A stretch of DNA of 64,000 nucleotides from a virus (Duplodnaviria > Caudoviricetes): positions 1 to 64,000 of the IMG/VR virus record IMGVR_UViG_3300021255_000040; one strand, written 5' to 3'. The translations under genes and the position numbers were made by a program. How positions within the stretch are numbered: position 1 is the stretch's first letter; every line of letters starts with the position of its first letter. Below are positions 10,964 through 21,504 of this stretch, one piece after another. The notes beneath the pieces were generated by a model. That model made no database searches. It had not been told where the DNA came from and was given only the letters and a program-made list of their open reading frames with translations.

Positions 10964-11677
10964 TTAAGACCTCTGTGCCATCTGGGGCAGGTCATCCTTC
11001 GCATTATTATCCTTGTCTTGAGGCTGGTACTTAGCTCCTGTTAGTTCCTTGACTACCAACTCAATGAGTGGTGGCACAAGATACTCCCTGATAGGAAACT
11101 CTGCATCCAGCACATCACAACTCTCACTAGTACCATCACTGTCACAGAGCAAACCAGCTGCTTCATCCACATCCTCAAAGATAGCACTCATGCGAAGCTG
11201 CTTCATATAGAGGAACTGGGGATTACTACTGTTGAGATAAAGATGAAGGTCTGGCCCAAGACTGCTGTAGATGATGTTCCTAAGATACTTGTTATTGCCC
11301 ACATACCTCATCTTGTCCCTGCTGACATAGGAGATATTGGTTCCCTGATAGAAGTCAATAGGGTAGACTCTGGGCTGTGTTCCCTCCAATATCTTTGGTA
11401 TCTTCTGAGTAGTGCGGAGATAATAGCCTCCAGTGCAAGGCTCTCCATCAATAGCAGGAACCTTCTTCAAGTCCAGACATATCTGCTGATACTCAAACTC
11501 TGAGGCTACATCAGTACTGCTCTTCTCCTTGTCCTGCTCCTTCTTGATGAGGAAAGCACGATACTTCTTGCAGAGGAAAATGACATGTTCCTCAGTGAAG
11601 AAAGAGTCATCACTGGAAGCTGCCTTAGCAAGGTCTAATATGCTGTAAACTAATTCACTTACTTTCATACTTATCAA
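10964..11677 (-). CDS. Tail ring protein
   Basis: 237 aa; 'Q.ICL.L..V', 'RMRYVG.NKYL' and C-terminal 'D..NNAKDDL' typical of crAss ring proteins. Confidence 0.7.
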   Translation of the reverse strand: MISMKVSELVYSILDLAKAASSDDSFFTEEHVIFLCKKYRAFLIKKEQDKEKSSTDVASEFEYQQICLDLKKVPAIDGEPCTGGYYLRTTQKIPKILEGTQPRVYPIDFYQGTNISYVSRDKMRYVGNNKYLRNIIYSSLGPDLHLYLNSSNPQFLYMKQLRMSAIFEDVDEAAGLLCDSDGTSESCDVLDAEFPIREYLVPPLIELVVKELTGAKYQPQDKDNNAKDDLPQMAQRS

Positions 11678-11764
11678 TATTTATGGCTCAAAGGTACTGC
11701 TTTTTAGCATACCCCTGAGCCACATTAAAAACTCTATTTACTGTGTTAAGGATTCTACTTAGTG

Positions 11765-12253
11765 CTAATCCTCAACCTGATCATACTGACTCAAATCAAT
11801 ATCAGGGATATTCTGAATATGATTCTTGCCTTTCACTACCTTGGTATTCTCAATAGCTTCAAGCCTGTTGCCATGCTCATCAAGCCTGCGAATGTTATCC
11901 TCAATCAGTACATCATTGTCCAGAATCCTCTGGTCAAGCTCCTTACTGTACTCTTCTACTGCCTTGGTTCTGCTGAGAACCTCAGTCATTTCACCTAATT
12001 TCAGTTTTCCCATTTTCAAATAATCTGGATAAGGTATTAAACAATTTGTTCCGTATAGGCAATTTAATGCCTTCTCTATAGCATGATAGTCTTCCTTGCT
12101 AATGTAGCCCCTATAGTCATCATAGATAAGATGATAGTAAAATATCAATACCGTAAGGCTATTGACATTTTTTTGCTTCATATACCCACTGACACTGAGT
12201 GCATGGAAGTAGCTGCTTATTGAGTTATAAACAAAGTTATCCATGACATCCAC
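11765..12253 (-). CDS. Tail hub-like structural protein
   Basis: 162 aa, coiled-coil C-terminus; gene order as in the crAss tail block. Confidence 0.5.
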   Translation of the reverse strand: MDVMDNFVYNSISSYFHALSVSGYMKQKNVNSLTVLIFYYHLIYDDYRGYISKEDYHAIEKALNCLYGTNCLIPYPDYLKMGKLKLGEMTEVLSRTKAVEEYSKELDQRILDNDVLIEDNIRRLDEHGNRLEAIENTKVVKGKNHIQNIPDIDLSQYDQVED

Positions 12254-13289
12254 AAGGTTTAATCATATTGTTACTTGCATTACCTGTATTACCCATCAGC
12301 CATCTCCAGTGTTCAATAGCTGGTACATAATGTTCTGTCTCAATAGCCATCTTGATTGCTTCTACATTCAGTATGAAATCCATGAAGCCTTGTGGCATAT
12401 TGCAGTCATCAGCTAACTGACGGGTATAACCCATAGCTTGATTATAGAGTAAACCATAGTCAAAAGTTACTCCAAGAGTGGTCTGCTCATCTAATCTGCA
12501 AGGTACATCTGGACAGGGAATACCTTCAGTCTCAATATACACAAAGAACATATTATGACTCAGGTCTGTCTGAGTAAACTTCTCATTGAAGCTATACTTA
12601 TTCAGAACCAGATGCAGTTCCTTCTTGTTGACTACAGGAATCTGAGAGTAGGCATGGTAAAAGAAATGCAGAAACTCTATATCATCAGTATCCTTGATGC
12701 TTACTAGCTCATATTCTCCATCAGCTGTTTGCTTGTAGAGATAGATGTGTACTGGAGCATTCTCCTTAATTTCTCCTTTGCCTTTGAATTGCCATACTTT
12801 ATGGTCTTTGTCCTCATAAGCCTCTCCATCCATAATAAACAGTACCTCAGGATTGTTCAGACTGTCTTCATCAGGGTCATAAGCTTTGGTAGCTACAACC
12901 AGCTTTGGAGTAAAGCCTGTATCCAGAACAGAAAACTTTCCACTCAGAAGTATACTCAGGTAATTAGTCTCAGACTCTTCCAAAGGAGAATAGCTAACCA
13001 TAATACCGCCTGCTGCATTTAAGGTATTCAGTAGTTGCTTTTCAGAAAGTTCTATTATCTTCTTAGTCAGAGGCACTACTTGTGCTTCAGCATTAGGCTC
13101 GTAAGTCTCCTGATATATAAAGTCTTCACCATAGGCCAGGGGATTGGTTTCAGAAACCTGATCTTCTGTGCAGATGGTAATCTTGTTGATGTACATGTCT
13201 TTAAAGCATTCAGCCTTGTTAACATGGGCATCTACATAGAGAAGTTCACCACTGTCATTAATTCTTAATTGGTCAAATATAACACTCAT
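12237..13289 (-). CDS. Tail hub-like structural protein
   Basis: 350 aa; 'F..LRI...G..L..D' start, 'P...PC..D', C-terminal 'CGCHG'; gene order. Confidence 0.55.
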   Translation of the reverse strand: MSVIFDQLRINDSGELLYVDAHVNKAECFKDMYINKITICTEDQVSETNPLAYGEDFIYQETYEPNAEAQVVPLTKKIIELSEKQLLNTLNAAGGIMVSYSPLEESETNYLSILLSGKFSVLDTGFTPKLVVATKAYDPDEDSLNNPEVLFIMDGEAYEDKDHKVWQFKGKGEIKENAPVHIYLYKQTADGEYELVSIKDTDDIEFLHFFYHAYSQIPVVNKKELHLVLNKYSFNEKFTQTDLSHNMFFVYIETEGIPCPDVPCRLDEQTTLGVTFDYGLLYNQAMGYTRQLADDCNMPQGFMDFILNVEAIKMAIETEHYVPAIEHWRWLMGNTGNASNNMIKPCGCHG

Positions 13290-13306
13290 AGTTTACCTCC
13301 TTACTT

Positions 13307-13543
13307 TTATTCATCAGGTGTTGTTATAATCATGTTAAAAGCTCCTGTTTCTGTGACTTCAAAGGAAATATCAACCATATTCTGATGCCCTATGGCTACT
13401 AATGCATTATTGGCTTTTGCTTCTATATCCCCCAATGTCGCAGTTAATTTCTGATTTCTATCTGTGTCATACACAGCATGTGTAATGCTAGATGGGTAGA
13501 ACTTAGTTCCGTTAGCATCTGTTACTGCTTTAATTCTCGGCAT
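13307..13543 (-). CDS. Small structural protein related to the fibre N-terminus
   Basis: 78 aa; 'G.KFYP..IT.AV' shared with 13640..14845. Confidence 0.55.
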   Translation of the reverse strand: MPRIKAVTDANGTKFYPSSITHAVYDTDRNQKLTATLGDIEAKANNALVAIGHQNMVDISFEVTETGAFNMIITTPDE

Positions 13544-13639
13544 ATTATCTTCTCCTTATAATATTAAAAATGGTCAGAGGCTGGGAGAGTAAGCTCCCTC
13601 GAACCTCCAACCATCCACATCAAATACTTACCTCAACAA

Positions 13640-14845
13640 TTAGTTTCCAGCAGGAGCAGTGAACAGAGAGGTGACATCAGCATACTCAGTAGTATCAGCT
13701 ACTGCAACAGCCTCAATCTTAGTCATATCCTCTACCTGCTTAACCTTAATCTGAGTGCCTTCAACAGTAGCAACCAATACCTCAGAACCAATGGTCAGAT
13801 CCTTGTTGTCATTGCTGACAGATACAGAACCCTGGAGCAAATCCCAGTCATTAGTAGCAGTAGCACCAGAAGCATAGTCCTTATTAGCAATCAGAGCATC
13901 ACCAACCTGAGCAGTGTGGCCAGCATAAGTGCCAGCAGCAGCTACCTTGTAGTAGTCACCCTTCTTGTAACCAGTGGTAGGCAGAAGGTCGGTAGTACCA
14001 TCAACAGTACCCTGATAGATAACACCACCTGCAACAAGGCTATCAGCATACTTCTTAGCACCATAAACAGTGTTATCAGAAGCACTATCCTGAGCAGTAC
14101 CCAGAACAGCAGCAGCCTCTTCCTCAGCCTTCTTCTTAGCACCATAGATAGTGCTAGCAGAAGAAGCATCAGTGCTCTCACCAATTACCTCACTCTTAGC
14201 AGTAGCAGCTGCACCAGCAGCATCAAATGCAGTAGTGTTCTCATAGGCAGCAGAGCCAAGACCATGAACAGCTACATCAGTGCCATCAACAGCAATAGTA
14301 CCATCGGTAGAACCCTCAGCTACAGACTGAATAGCAGAGTCTGCGGCATCCAGAGAATCCTGAACTCCCTGAGCCAAGTCAGCCTTAGCAATACCTGTAT
14401 TAGGCTTCTGGTAAGCACTGTCAGCAAGGTCAAGGGAATCCTGTACACCACTTGACAAATCACTCTTAGGAATACCTGCACTGGGCTTCTGATATGCTGA
14501 ATCAGCAGCATCCAAGCTATCCTGAACACCTGAAGCAAGGTCTGTCTTGGGGATACCTGCCTGTGGCTTCTGATAAGCAGAGTCTGCCAAAGCACCCTGA
14601 GCAGCAGTAGCAAAGTCAGCAGCCTTCTTGCCAGAATCAGTCAGATTACCATTGGCATCCAGACCTGCAAAGTTACCATTGGTAGCACCAGATACCTTGT
14701 CAGCCTTACCAGAGTAGTCAATCTCATCAAGAATCTCAGAGAGCTTCTTCTGGGTGTTACCCTTAATGTGAACAACTGCATCAGTAATGGTTACTGGATA
14801 GAATTTTACACCTTCAGCGGTGGTTGCAAACAAAATTTTTGCCAT
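13640..14845 (-). CDS. Fibre protein (head/tail fibre-like) with internal repeats
   Basis: 401 aa, Ala/Asp/Gly/Thr-rich; three tandem 26-aa repeats DSAYQKP..GI.K.DL..GVQDSLD.A. Confidence 0.6.
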   Translation of the reverse strand: MAKILFATTAEGVKFYPVTITDAVVHIKGNTQKKLSEILDEIDYSGKADKVSGATNGNFAGLDANGNLTDSGKKAADFATAAQGALADSAYQKPQAGIPKTDLASGVQDSLDAADSAYQKPSAGIPKSDLSSGVQDSLDLADSAYQKPNTGIAKADLAQGVQDSLDAADSAIQSVAEGSTDGTIAVDGTDVAVHGLGSAAYENTTAFDAAGAAATAKSEVIGESTDASSASTIYGAKKKAEEEAAAVLGTAQDSASDNTVYGAKKYADSLVAGGVIYQGTVDGTTDLLPTTGYKKGDYYKVAAAGTYAGHTAQVGDALIANKDYASGATATNDWDLLQGSVSVSNDNKDLTIGSEVLVATVEGTQIKVKQVEDMTKIEAVAVADTTEYADVTSLFTAPAGN

Positions 14846-14902
14846 AATTCTAATTCAATTAAAATGTTAAAAACTAAAAAACAAATCTCAAAAAGAAGTT
14901 AC

Positions 14903-15235
14903 CTAATATATAGTTACCTCTGGATAGTCATCAGCATCTGTGGTAGTGGTGTTGTGAGTATCACCTACACTTGCATCATGTGCGTCAATCTGCTTGGCTA
15001 CCTCTGTCTCAATAGTATCACCTACCTCCTGCTTTACAATTTCAGGAATGTTGCTGATGTCAGCAATAGCATCATCCTCAGGAGTTAGAGTTGTCTTACC
15101 ATCCATCAGTACTTGTGGTTGCCAGCCTCCATTGTAATAAAGATACAGCGCAAAGCCACCTTTAACAGGTTTAGCCCATGCTATATCTGTACGGCTTGGC
15201 TGTTTGGGAGATATTATGAATTTATCTATAATCAT
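14903..15235 (-). CDS. Hypothetical structural protein
   Basis: 110 aa ORF in the structural block; 'S...P....W.KP..G' adaptor-like N-terminus. Confidence 0.5.
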   Translation of the reverse strand: MIIDKFIISPKQPSRTDIAWAKPVKGGFALYLYYNGGWQPQVLMDGKTTLTPEDDAIADISNIPEIVKQEVGDTIETEVAKQIDAHDASVGDTHNTTTTDADDYPEVTIY

Positions 15236-15294
15236 AACTGCAACCTTAGAAGTAGAGAGGCAGAAAAGAAATTCCCTGCCTCCCTTAGTTAATA

Positions 15295-16287
15295 CTATGC
15301 CAGAGTATCTACCTCCAGGTCTACACCAGCAGCAGTAGCAGCATCATTGATAGCACCAATCAGACTGTTCAGAACAGCCTTGTTCTCTGCTACAATAGTG
15401 ATGTCCTTCTCACTGCGATAGCTGTTAACACCCTCATCACGGAAGCCATGATGAACCTCAAGAGCATTGTACTGCTTGCTGGGATCTACCAGATAGTCAG
15501 TCTTGATGACATTGGGCCAACCAATCATCCTGTACTGGTCTCCACGCTCACCCATGCAGAAGTACTCAAGGTCAGCAATCTTCTTACCATTACCAATACC
15601 AGTAGTACCTACTACAGCACTAGCCTTGTCAGGAGTCTGGTCAGTAACAACACCCCAGATTTCATCCGCACCATTTACATAGACAAAGGTGGGCTGAACA
15701 TCAAAGTAAACACGCTCCTGAGCATCAGTGCCAAGCTGCCAAGCCTGCTCCTTCTCAGTGATGGTCAGACCATTGGCAGAAGCTGCAAATGTCAGATAGG
15801 GGTTAGAGGTCTTGGTAGCACCAATCTCACGGGCAAAAGCATTGTTCAGACTATCTGCCATTGCCTGATAGAACTTGCTGGCATCTGATACCATTGCACT
15901 GGTAGCATGAACAGCACCACTCTTGATGTAGGTGTAGTTCTCATCAATACCAATCCACTGACGGAAGATAACCCTCAGAACATAGTCCTGACCAGCTACT
16001 ACTGCTCCACCATTTACATTGGGGTCAAGAGCAACCTTCTTCACAATCAGAGGCTCTACCATGTCAGCAGCAGCAATAGCCTTGATATGGTTCAGGTTCT
16101 TCAGCTGAATTCTGTCACTACCCATTGTGGTGTCAGCACCCTTATAGGCAAATACCAACTCCTTGTCAGCACCCTCACCAACAATCTTTACTCCACCGAT
16201 AGTACCCTTGGCAGAGTTCTCACTCACCGTTGCACTGTATGCATTAACAACATACAAGTGTCTGTTTTGCGACGTTGAAAATACCAT
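15295..16287 (-). CDS. Auxiliary capsid protein (crAss-type)
   Basis: 330 aa; 'FS..Q.RHLYV' start, 'GNGK.IADLEYFCMGERGDQYR..GWP', 'SEKDITIV'. Confidence 0.7.
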   Translation of the reverse strand: MVFSTSQNRHLYVVNAYSATVSENSAKGTIGGVKIVGEGADKELVFAYKGADTTMGSDRIQLKNLNHIKAIAAADMVEPLIVKKVALDPNVNGGAVVAGQDYVLRVIFRQWIGIDENYTYIKSGAVHATSAMVSDASKFYQAMADSLNNAFAREIGATKTSNPYLTFAASANGLTITEKEQAWQLGTDAQERVYFDVQPTFVYVNGADEIWGVVTDQTPDKASAVVGTTGIGNGKKIADLEYFCMGERGDQYRMIGWPNVIKTDYLVDPSKQYNALEVHHGFRDEGVNSYRSEKDITIVAENKAVLNSLIGAINDAATAAGVDLEVDTLA

Positions 16288-16344
16288 TTCTTTAAAACAT
16301 TTAAATTAAACATAGCCTCAGGTCATGGCTAACCATCAGCGTTA

Positions 16345-17070
16345 CTATTCTCTATTGTTATTGTTTCTTGTATAACCTCTGCTTTGAAGAGCCATTTCAA
16401 CAGCTCTGTTCAATATTCTCAGATGCAGACTCTCTGGCAATTCACTGGTCATAGGAGTCTTCTCTCCTCTGAGTTCAGTATCATCATCCAATTGTGTAAG
16501 AATGATGGGCTTCAACTGTTTGAGGTATCTGATATAATATTTTGAAACAGGATACTTACAGACTATCTCAACATTTCCCTCACTAAGGTCAAATCTTAAA
16601 GCTCTGCGGTCATTAGCTCCCCTAAAAGGATTCTTCTTGATTTTGTGATACTCATCCTGTCTAACAGGGACTACCTCCATAGAGAAATGACTTTCACACT
16701 TACCCTTTTCTAGAGCTACTGATTCATAGGTAATGAACCAAAGGTTTTTAGGAAGGGTAAAGAACTTGCTTGTGCTTTCTATACCCAAAGGTTTACCATC
16801 AGTAGTAGTAATGGGACCAAGTTTTGCCTCACACACAAGATTGGATAGGTATCTCCTCAGTTCTTCAGTCTCTTCAAAGCTAAGCTCTGAGGAGTTCCTA
16901 CCTGTATATAACGACAATGCAATTTCCTCTTGTGAGTTAGTAAGAAACAAGGACTTCTCATACTCATCCAACTCAATAGTAGCTGGATTGTCTGCCTTTA
17001 CAAAGCCTGCTGCTACAGCATGACTATTCAACAGGGTAGAGAAAGACGAGCTAAATTCTTCAATTGACAT
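16345..17070 (-). CDS. Tail ring protein
   Basis: 241 aa; 'M...EFS..F', 'EKSLFLT..Q', 'NPF', 'Y...PIIL', 'ELP..LH..IL.RAV..A'; paralog of 17865..18701. Confidence 0.7.
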   Translation of the reverse strand: MSIEEFSSSFSTLLNSHAVAAGFVKADNPATIELDEYEKSLFLTNSQEEIALSLYTGRNSSELSFEETEELRRYLSNLVCEAKLGPITTTDGKPLGIESTSKFFTLPKNLWFITYESVALEKGKCESHFSMEVVPVRQDEYHKIKKNPFRGANDRRALRFDLSEGNVEIVCKYPVSKYYIRYLKQLKPIILTQLDDDTELRGEKTPMTSELPESLHLRILNRAVEMALQSRGYTRNNNNRE

Positions 17071-17848
17071 ATAATTCCTCCTTATACTTTATCCTGTTAT
17101 ACATAGCAGCAATAGACATTTTTTTCTTTGTCTCTGCACTATGGTGCTTACCTAACATTCCTCTATGCCCAAATCTTACTTTCTTCTCTTCTTCAGTCAT
17201 CGCCTGTATAGCAATTTTTCTTGCTATTGCAGCTTTTTTAGAAGCGATTTTATTATTTTTAGACATCTTTTCGTGCCTTTGTTTTAAGGCTTCTTGTATG
17301 CACTGTTTTATAGAATCAATATCGACGGGCGTTCCTTTCTCATGCTTCAATATGTAATGCTTCTTAAAAGTGTATCCTATAGGTTGTTTTAATACTTTTG
17401 AAATATTAGAATGTTTACCACCCAAATATTTGGCAGCCTCCTTTACTGTATCAAATAATACATAATTAAAAGCTGTATCAATTACAACATAATCACTCTT
17501 ATTGTTTGTAACTTTTGTATTAACACTACGTTGAATACGCTCTTTTGAGAACTTCATGCCAATAGTGCCCTCACCACCATCAGTGATATTGTATGAAAGA
17601 TTATGAAGCTTATACCATCTTATTAGATATTTCTCTGCATAAATAGCCTCACTTTTTGATACTCCTTCTAATATAATATCGTGTTGGATGTTGTCCCACC
17701 CATACTTTTCAATAGCCCTTTTAAAGATAGAATTATAGGTACAATAATTCTTACCATTAGAAGACCATCTCTGTTTTATATTAGATGTTATTCCAATGTA
17801 AATTTTGCCCGAAGGACTTATATGCCTATATACTATCCACTTATGCAT
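17060..17848 (-). CDS. GIY-YIG homing endonuclease with NUMOD3-like tail
   Basis: 'VYRHISPSGKIYIGIT', 'YNITDGGEG', 'GKHHSAETKKKMS'. Likely start 17848; the ORF track extends it to 17932. Confidence 0.85.
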   Translation of the reverse strand: MHKWIVYRHISPSGKIYIGITSNIKQRWSSNGKNYCTYNSIFKRAIEKYGWDNIQHDIILEGVSKSEAIYAEKYLIRWYKLHNLSYNITDGGEGTIGMKFSKERIQRSVNTKVTNNKSDYVVIDTAFNYVLFDTVKEAAKYLGGKHSNISKVLKQPIGYTFKKHYILKHEKGTPVDIDSIKQCIQEALKQRHEKMSKNNKIASKKAAIARKIAIQAMTEEEKKVRFGHRGMLGKHHSAETKKKMSIAAMYNRIKYKEELYVN

Positions 17849-17864
17849 TTTTACCTTATTTATA

Positions 17865-18701
17865 TTACTCACTCCTCTGTCCTGCTTGTAATACCATCTG
17901 GGCATTATCCTGACCAGTTGCAGTCCAAGCAATCTTAGCTAACTCTACAGCACGCTGAAGAATCTCTTCATGAAGAATTGGATCCAACTCACAACCAATA
18001 TCTTTCACATCCTCATAGGTATAACCATTGATAGTCAGACCATCAAGGTCTCCAACAATAATTGGCTTTGGTCTGCGAAGATACCTAACAGTATAAGTCA
18101 AATCCTTATCATCATACTCAGGAGTTGTGATAATCTCCACACACTTGATGTACTTATTAGCAGATATAGAACCTGAGTTATTAAGCCTCCAAGCCTGATG
18201 TTTGTTAGGTCTCTTGAATGGCTTAGACATCTTAGCTGTGTATTCATCATATCTCAGAGGAAGGACTTGGAAATACTTCTTACCAGCAGTATATGTCAGT
18301 GTTTCATTAATAGGAATAAAGACATCTTCAGGGAAGGTAAATAGCTTACTCCTTTGATCAAGTCTTGAAATAGTGAACTTAACAGTTTTTGTCTTTTCCT
18401 CTTCACCATCCATGTACTTGTAAGAATAGGTAATCTCATCACCATCTCCAACAAGAGTACCTGCATCACAAGAAGCAGTCTTCATCAGCATAGAGAAGTC
18501 TGCTTGTCTCTTTGCAGAGTCATCAAAACCCTGCCCAAGGTCATTACCTTTACTATTAGCAGTAAAATGATTCTTAATCTTCTCATCCTGTGCTGTAGTA
18601 AGGAAAAGGCTCTTCTCATGTTCATTGAGACCAGGAGCCTGATTGGATGTAATGTTATTGTATCTTACATCAAAACCTTCTGAAAACTCATCTAATGTCA
18701 T
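17865..18701 (-). CDS. Tail ring protein
   Basis: 278 aa; 'EFS..FD..YNNITSNQAPGL..EKS.FLT.AQ', 'RY..RP.PII', 'CELDP.LH.EIL.RAVELAK'. Confidence 0.8.
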   Translation of the reverse strand: MTLDEFSEGFDVRYNNITSNQAPGLNEHEKSLFLTTAQDEKIKNHFTANSKGNDLGQGFDDSAKRQADFSMLMKTASCDAGTLVGDGDEITYSYKYMDGEEEKTKTVKFTISRLDQRSKLFTFPEDVFIPINETLTYTAGKKYFQVLPLRYDEYTAKMSKPFKRPNKHQAWRLNNSGSISANKYIKCVEIITTPEYDDKDLTYTVRYLRRPKPIIVGDLDGLTINGYTYEDVKDIGCELDPILHEEILQRAVELAKIAWTATGQDNAQMVLQAGQRSE

Positions 18702-18757
18702 ATCTCTATACCTTATTTATTATATATAGGGAGGGAGCTGAACTCCCTTCCCAATGA

Positions 18758-19828
18758 TTATTCTTCTTTTAACTTTGCCTCTAAAAGATACTTCAAGTCT
18801 GAATGCTTAGGGCTTGTGATATACCTTGCTGCATTAGTCAAGGTACTTTCCTCACCCATCTCACATAGAGGACTGCCATCCTGCTTGAGGTAATAGAGGC
18901 TGTTGTTCCTACAGCTGACAAAACCTGCATCATGACTTCTCTTGATAAGTACCTTGGCAGGAAGTAGCTTATCTGTGATAATCTGCAAGAACCTGCGTGG
19001 GTCTTTCTGAATGTAGTCATTAATCTTGCCTTGCAAATAGTCAAGCTTGACCTGAGGTGTGGTAGGACGCTTCTCTATCAGTTCAATGATAGTACGCAGA
19101 GTATTGGCATCTTCCTTGACAGCACCAAACTCCATATAGCACTGGGCTGTAGCCTCCATCTTACTGAGGTTGCTCTTGGTCTCTGCATTCTCACTGATAA
19201 TCACAAACTGGTAGGTAGCCTTTGGCCTGTCTTCCAGTTCCTGAAGTGAAGAGGCAATTTGGTCTTTGTTGCAAAGCAGAATCTTGTACTTGATGTAGTC
19301 AGCAGGATTGCTCAAATCAAGATAATTATCCTGCTTGTGAAGTGTTACCCTACCAATACCATTAGGATTAGAGTCATCCCAGAAGTTATTTTCTCGCTTG
19401 TAGATACTGAGGGCATTCTCCTCCAGACCCATTGCATACTCAAGATAAGCCTTCTCATCATTAGTCAGGGGATTCTTATACACTCCTGTAGATGACAGTC
19501 TTGGTACTACAAAGTTTCTGGTTGCTGTGTCTGCCATGCCTCCATAGAGGATATGGTTCTTGTTATGAACCATTGCGGTCTCTTTAGGAACAAACCTCAC
19601 AATAACTCTCTCATTACGGAGGCAATTAATCAGTTCCTTCTTTTCTCTTGTTACTGGCTGCTGTTTTACTTCAGCCTCTGGGACTACAGGATTGGGGTGT
19701 ATCTGCATAGACATATTGATGTCCTGGGGATTCATATCAAGCTGCATCCCCTGCATATCTCCACCATCTTCATTAAACAGATTATCCATTGCAGTCTCCT
19801 TCTCTTCTTCTACTCTTTTCTTAGCCAT
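18758..19828 (-). CDS. Conserved crAss protein downstream of MCP
   Basis: 356 aa; 'LYGGM', 'LDLS.P.DYIKYKILL', 'KATYQFVI'; canonical position. Confidence 0.7.
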   Translation of the reverse strand: MAKKRVEEEKETAMDNLFNEDGGDMQGMQLDMNPQDINMSMQIHPNPVVPEAEVKQQPVTREKKELINCLRNERVIVRFVPKETAMVHNKNHILYGGMADTATRNFVVPRLSSTGVYKNPLTNDEKAYLEYAMGLEENALSIYKRENNFWDDSNPNGIGRVTLHKQDNYLDLSNPADYIKYKILLCNKDQIASSLQELEDRPKATYQFVIISENAETKSNLSKMEATAQCYMEFGAVKEDANTLRTIIELIEKRPTTPQVKLDYLQGKINDYIQKDPRRFLQIITDKLLPAKVLIKRSHDAGFVSCRNNSLYYLKQDGSPLCEMGEESTLTNAARYITSPKHSDLKYLLEAKLKEE

Positions 19829-19924
19829 TTTAACTTCTCCTTATAAAATTACGCTTGTTTTATTAACTTCAGTTTAAAAGATTGGCAGGAGGGAAACTTA
19901 ATTCCCTCACTGCCTTATCTATTG

Positions 19925-21448
19925 TTAGCCTACCAAGATTGCAGGAATGTAGCTCAGAGTCCTTGTGGGGTCAAGCACACAGACACCTGTGGTTACATAC
20001 TTGTGAATGATAGCACTATCCTCATCATAGCTCATGTTGCTATTGCCACGCTGACCTGTGAAAGGATTGCGGAAGCCCCACTGATAAGAAGTGAAGTCAC
20101 CAACCTGACCCTTCACACCAACCTTGAAGATGTTGGGCTGATCCATTGTACCAATGTCAAAGATGTCATACCTGTAGGACATGGCAGGGCCACCCATAGG
20201 ATGCTGAATCTTGTTGCGTACAGGGTCATCATAGAATGGGTCAACATCAATCTTCACATACACACCATTAGGAGCAATGAACTCAGTAACCTGAGGAGCA
20301 GTCAGCCTGTAAGCACCTCCATGAGGAGTCATCTTACTTGAAACAGGCTTCATAGCACCAAGCTCAGAAGCACTATACTCATAGGTGATAGGACTCCAGC
20401 CAGAGCCATCACTCAGAGCTGCACGACTGAACTGGATAGCACCCATCTCACCAGTCTTTACAATGAACTTACGCTCACCAAACTCCAGCTTAGTGCGTGA
20501 AATCTGATAGAGGTCATCCATGAAACGCTTCAAAGAGAAGTTGTTGTAGGGATCAGTATTAGATACTTCCATCTGCTCATACAGACCAGCACCCATACGA
20601 ATAACCTCACCACTCTTACCAATATTCAGGTACTCACCATTCTGATTGCGGTTAGAACGACCAAAAGCAAGCAGATTGTTCTTGTACTCATTCCACTGAT
20701 GCTCAAACTCCCACTGTACATTGTGCATCCACATGTTCTCTACTCGCTTGTTGCCATTGGCATCTACCAAAGGAATACCAAAGGCTACCTTCTTGTCAAG
20801 CATAGAACCAGGAACCTTGTGCTTGATACGGATAGAAGAGAACTCATTGCGCATGGCAACAGGACTTGCAAACCTGATGTCACCAACCTGACGAGACAAC
20901 TCTCTCTCAACAGGTGCATACTCAACACTGAATCTCTCACCAGCAAGCAGACGCTCAGCAGGAATACCTGAGACAATACCACCCATCAGCTCAACCTTGT
21001 ACACTGTGTTGGTTCCCTCATTGCGACCCTCACCAAGTACCCTGATAGGATATACTTCGTTCAAGTCACCAACAATTACCTCACCATCAGCAAACCAGTC
21101 CTCACCAAATACCAGATAGAATGGCTCACCATTCACACCAATATTAGTAACTGTCTGTGCTGTGACAATCTGACCATCACAATCCCTTGCCTCTACCAGA
21201 GGAATGTTACGCATAGCACTGCCAACAACAGGCCATGTGTACTCATCATCTGAATCAAATTCCTTTGTGGGGAACTGAGAGAGGAAAGTGTCGAGGGTCT
21301 TACCCCTGTACAATGCAAGAAGCTGCACCATCAGATTAGTGTACTGCTGTGGAGCTTCCTGGAATGCTGCACCAAGATGGTTTCTCTTAGTCAGGCCCTT
21401 CCAATGGTTAAAGGTCAACTTCTGAAATTTACCTAATTTTCCAGCCAT
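19925..21448 (-). CDS. Major capsid protein
   Basis: 507 aa; 'WKGLT..NHLG', 'F.EDWFADGE', 'MRNEFS.IR', 'GRSNR', 'YDDPVRNK..HP.GG.A.SYRYDI' are crAss MCP motifs. Confidence 0.93.
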   Translation of the reverse strand: MAGKLGKFQKLTFNHWKGLTKRNHLGAAFQEAPQQYTNLMVQLLALYRGKTLDTFLSQFPTKEFDSDDEYTWPVVGSAMRNIPLVEARDCDGQIVTAQTVTNIGVNGEPFYLVFGEDWFADGEVIVGDLNEVYPIRVLGEGRNEGTNTVYKVELMGGIVSGIPAERLLAGERFSVEYAPVERELSRQVGDIRFASPVAMRNEFSSIRIKHKVPGSMLDKKVAFGIPLVDANGNKRVENMWMHNVQWEFEHQWNEYKNNLLAFGRSNRNQNGEYLNIGKSGEVIRMGAGLYEQMEVSNTDPYNNFSLKRFMDDLYQISRTKLEFGERKFIVKTGEMGAIQFSRAALSDGSGWSPITYEYSASELGAMKPVSSKMTPHGGAYRLTAPQVTEFIAPNGVYVKIDVDPFYDDPVRNKIQHPMGGPAMSYRYDIFDIGTMDQPNIFKVGVKGQVGDFTSYQWGFRNPFTGQRGNSNMSYDEDSAIIHKYVTTGVCVLDPTRTLSYIPAILVG

Positions 21449-21504
21449 TTTACTAAAACTTTAAACATTAAAAAATCAATTCGCTTTTTATATAGTTATG
21501 GCCT

